Of a stretch of 64,000 nucleotides of DNA, positions 60,563-64,000 are shown in pieces. The stretch is taken from contig CAWFQL010000011.1 of NCBI GenBank assembly GCA_963817915.1, forward strand, positions 32,001 to 96,000, in the 5' to 3' direction. A program made the translations under genes and the position numbers. Origin of the DNA: an uncultured candidate division Zixibacteria bacterium (lineage in GTDB: Bacteria; Zixibacteria; MSB-5A5; UBA10806). The number at the start of each line of letters is the position of its first letter. The first letter of the stretch is position 1. The notes below the pieces were generated by a model. The model made no database searches and was not told the DNA's origin. It saw only the letters and a list, made by a program, of their open reading frames with translations.

Positions 60563-63500
60563 ATGAGAGTGATTTCTTCACATAAGACCATTTTTAAGAA
60601 TATCGCCATTCTTGGAATTGTGGTTTTATTATTTTCTTCGCTTCTCTATATACTGTCGGAGAATATTTTCAAGTCCAATATTGAGACCGCCTCAAATGAA
60701 GAGACCTTGTATTATGCCAAAAGCCTGTTAAGGGCAGCAACCGAATATGCGGATATCATTGCGCTCCAGTCGGCGGAAGACTTTGAGGAGCAACTTGAAC
60801 GAAACGTCTCGACAAGTGTCGCATTAACTGAAATCATAAAATTACTTAAGGTTCAAGGATTTACACAGGTCCACTTTTGTCATTTAGATAATAACGGTGT
60901 TGTGACTTCCTGTGATACTCGCGACGACGATATCTGGCTGGTACGCGAATTTAACAAAATGAAAACATCCGGAATTACGCATCAGCCCGTGTTTTACAAG
61001 GGTGACAATTATTTGATGGCGTATGCTCCTCTCACTCCCAAAGCTGATATGAATTATCCGAAATGGATTATGATTCTGCTCCCTGATAATGCCTTGTTTG
61101 GCAAATGTGATTGGGATAACCGCATAATTGGATTAACCGCGGACTCAAAAGGGGACCGAGACAAAAATGAATTGAGTAGCAATAACGGAGTTTTATTCCC
61201 GATCAATGATTCTGAGGGGAAAACACTCGTATCAATAAAGATCAAACCTAAGTCGCTCGCGGGAAACGACTTGTCCTGGCATTGGGAAATTCTGCTAATT
61301 GCGATTTTCCCATCGTTCATCTTAATTCTCGTCACAATATTGTTATTTCGATATTTCAGGGCATTTTCTAATCACGCAGATGGATTATACGCGACCCTAA
61401 ATAGCTATTCTCCCGAACAGAACATTTTCAGGCGCGATAGGCAGGTTGTTAATAAATATATGCCGGAACTCACCGACCTTTTCATGCTAATTGACAAAAA
61501 TATTAATGAAAAAAGGTATATAGAACGATCCCTCGAAATCATAAAAGATTCTCTCGGAATTATTCAGGAAAAAGGATACGAACAAAAGACAGTCGATGAA
61601 ATTCTCGAAATCCTTATTGGCACCCGAAATTGCTACGGCGCGGCAATAATTTCCGCTACGATAACGACAATTCGCGGGTGGTCTACTCCGCCCATAAATT
61701 CGATGATGACCTGATTCAAAAAATAATCAAAACCAATATTGGAACAGGATTTTTGCGTGCCTGTCTGAAAAATGAGATGGGGCTGACTTTTAGCAATGAT
61801 AATATCGGGCATACAGAGGAACCGTGGCACGAGATATTTTCAGAATACAAGGCGGTTTCCACGAAGATTTTGAAATTTCGTTCTCAGCCCGTGGCTATAC
61901 TGATTATGCTTTTTTCTGAATCGAAAGACTCAAATAATTTGATTGGCCATCCTGAAGAATTTCTTTCAGAAATGTTGGGAGGATTGGTCTATGGCTTAGT
62001 TCTTGAACAGGAAAAAAACTCGAGATCTGATAAAACATTGATTCTCCAGGAGACCTCACTGGCGATATCATCAACATTGGACTTATCATCACTCTTGAGG
62101 GTTGTTGCTACCCGGCTCACGGAATATGCGGGAGCGACATATTGCATTATTTTATTGTGCAATGATAAAGAGGATATTCTGGAGGTCGCGTCATATTATG
62201 TGAAAAAACAATCGCTGGCGATTCCTTCAATTCATACCAGAATTCATCTGGCCGATTTCCCGAAAATGAATGATGCCATAAAAACCAATAGGGCGTTTGT
62301 TATAAATCAGGCCGATATTTCTGATTTTACATCTTCAGAAAAGGAATTTTTTAATCATGACGCAATAAAAAGATTGGTGGTCTTGCCTATATCTCATTCG
62401 GGAAAGTATATCGGTTCGGTAGTTCTTGGCGACGACCATACTTCTACATTCAATTCGTTCACCATGGATAAATTGAATTTCATTCAGGCGCTTACCTCCC
62501 AAGCATCAGCGGCTATTGAAAACGCCAGACTGTATGGATTCATAAATCAAAAAGTTGACCAATTAACAGCCCTCTACAATGTAGGGGCGGCGATTCATTC
62601 GGAAATTGAAGTTTATCCAATGCTCGATAAGGTATTAACAGCTACACGCGATTATATCCATTATTCAGTCGCGGCTATTTGTACGCTTGATGAAAAAACC
62701 CGTTTATTAAAGCCAATTATCTCTTCCGGATTGGATATTACCAAGTCGCCTCTGAATAACATGATGTTGGGCAATGATTCTACTGCGAAGCTGGCGGCAT
62801 CGACCGGCGAATCCGTAATAATCGAAGATACTCGCCTCGAAACCAATTTAAAGCCTTCATTCGAAGGAAATCTTTCCGAGCTCGTCGTGCCAATCAAGAT
62901 TGGTGAAAAAATTATAGGGGTATTCGCCCTGGGATCGACGAAAAGAAATACCTTCACTCAGCTTGAGGATGATTTCCTTCGTGCTTTGGCGGCCCAGATT
63001 GCGGTTGCATTGGAACGAGCCCGTTTATTCGAACAAGAGCGTGAAAGATCGCTTAAGCTTAAGACCATATATGATTTCTCAAGAAAATTGTCGGAGACCC
63101 TTAATTTGCAGGAAGTTCTGAAAATCGCCTGCGAATCGATTTTAGGAGCGTTTGGATATCAATTAGTCGCAATTTTCTTGATCGATGAAAAAGATCAAAA
63201 ATTCTATGTAGCCAATCAGGCCACCTCCAGCGATAAAAAACTGCCCGCTAATTTTACGTTGAAAACCGATCAGGGAATTTTGGGACGCGTACTCAGCGCT
63301 CAAAAGACTCTATATTGCGCCAATGTCGATTCCGATCCAAACTACATTAAGGCTGTCGATGAAGTTCGAAGCGAAGTCTGTATACCGATTATAGCCGCCG
63401 ATTCGGTCAAAGGCGTGCTCGATGTCGAATCTATGGATATCGATAATTTCACTCCCGAAGATATTGCAACCCTTGAAGCGATCGCCGATATTCTGGCTGT

Positions 63501-64000
63501 GGCAATCGATAATTCTTATCTATTCAAGCAGACAATGGAAAAAGCAGAGCGGCTGGCTTTAATCGATAATATCAATAGAGCCATATCGGCGACACTTGAC
63601 CTGAACAGCTTCTTTAAGGTTGTCGCGAAGGCAGTTGCCGACAATGCCGGCTATCGCTGGACACTTCTGATAGTCCCCGATGGCGATTCATTCTCATTCA
63701 AAACCGGTTATACTCCAAAAGCGGTCGCGGGCATTTCGCCAGGCCCAGTATTGGAATTGCTGAATAAGACACTTAGAAAAGTCATGGAAACAGGCACTCC
63801 CGGTTTCGTGGGATTTTCGGAATTGGCTTCCATGAAACGGCCCGATTTATTACAGCCGCTTGTCGAAGCCGGAATCAGGCATATGGCATTGCTTCCAATT
63901 GGAAGCGGCGATAAGACTGAGGCTATTCTCACGGTCGGCACGTCGCAGCCCGATGGTTTCTCTCAGCAGGAGCTTTCTTTGCTCAACGATTTGGCCCTCC
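60563..64000 (+). CDS. large membrane sensor with multiple GAF domains (frameshift near 61655; runs off the window)
   Basis: TM-periplasmic-TM N-terminus, then an open frame from about 61660 to the end with tandem GAF motifs (SELVVPIKIGEKIIGV, SEVCIPI....VKGVLDVES). Confidence 0.85.

Overview
This is a moderate-GC bacterial chromosome segment. T9SS/FlgD-type C-terminal sorting tails, GWxTD proteins and a TPR-ExbB-ExbD-ExbD-TonB operon suggest an FCB-superphylum organism such as a Zixibacteria-like lineage (inference). In order, it holds: a TonB/ExbBD energiser operon with a duplicated tonB; a Yip1-TolC-MacA-MacB-type exporter followed by two GWxTD proteins; an RsbU-like phosphatase and an ECF sigma; two secreted repeat proteins with near-identical C-terminal tails; a phosphoesterase and an orphan PhoB-like regulator; deoB-cdd-pdp; a B12 acyl-CoA mutase cluster whose specificity residues indicate isobutyryl-CoA mutase; a 4 x ~318 bp palindrome-rich tandem array; a low-GC three-gene island (5'-truncated ParA-like ATPase, unknown protein, HEPN-like protein); rplM-rpsI-rpsB-tsf-pyrH-frr-uppS-cdsA-ubiA-nlpC; xerD with a GGDEF gene; an ECF/anti-sigma pair; two amidohydrolases; and multi-GAF sensors. 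Many intergenic spaces are mosaics of about a dozen REP-like palindrome families, and no RAYT transposase is visible. Caveat: more than 15 genes, including essential rpsI and uppS, are frameshifted, which most likely reflects sequencing indels. I recognised no tRNA, rRNA or CRISPR array.
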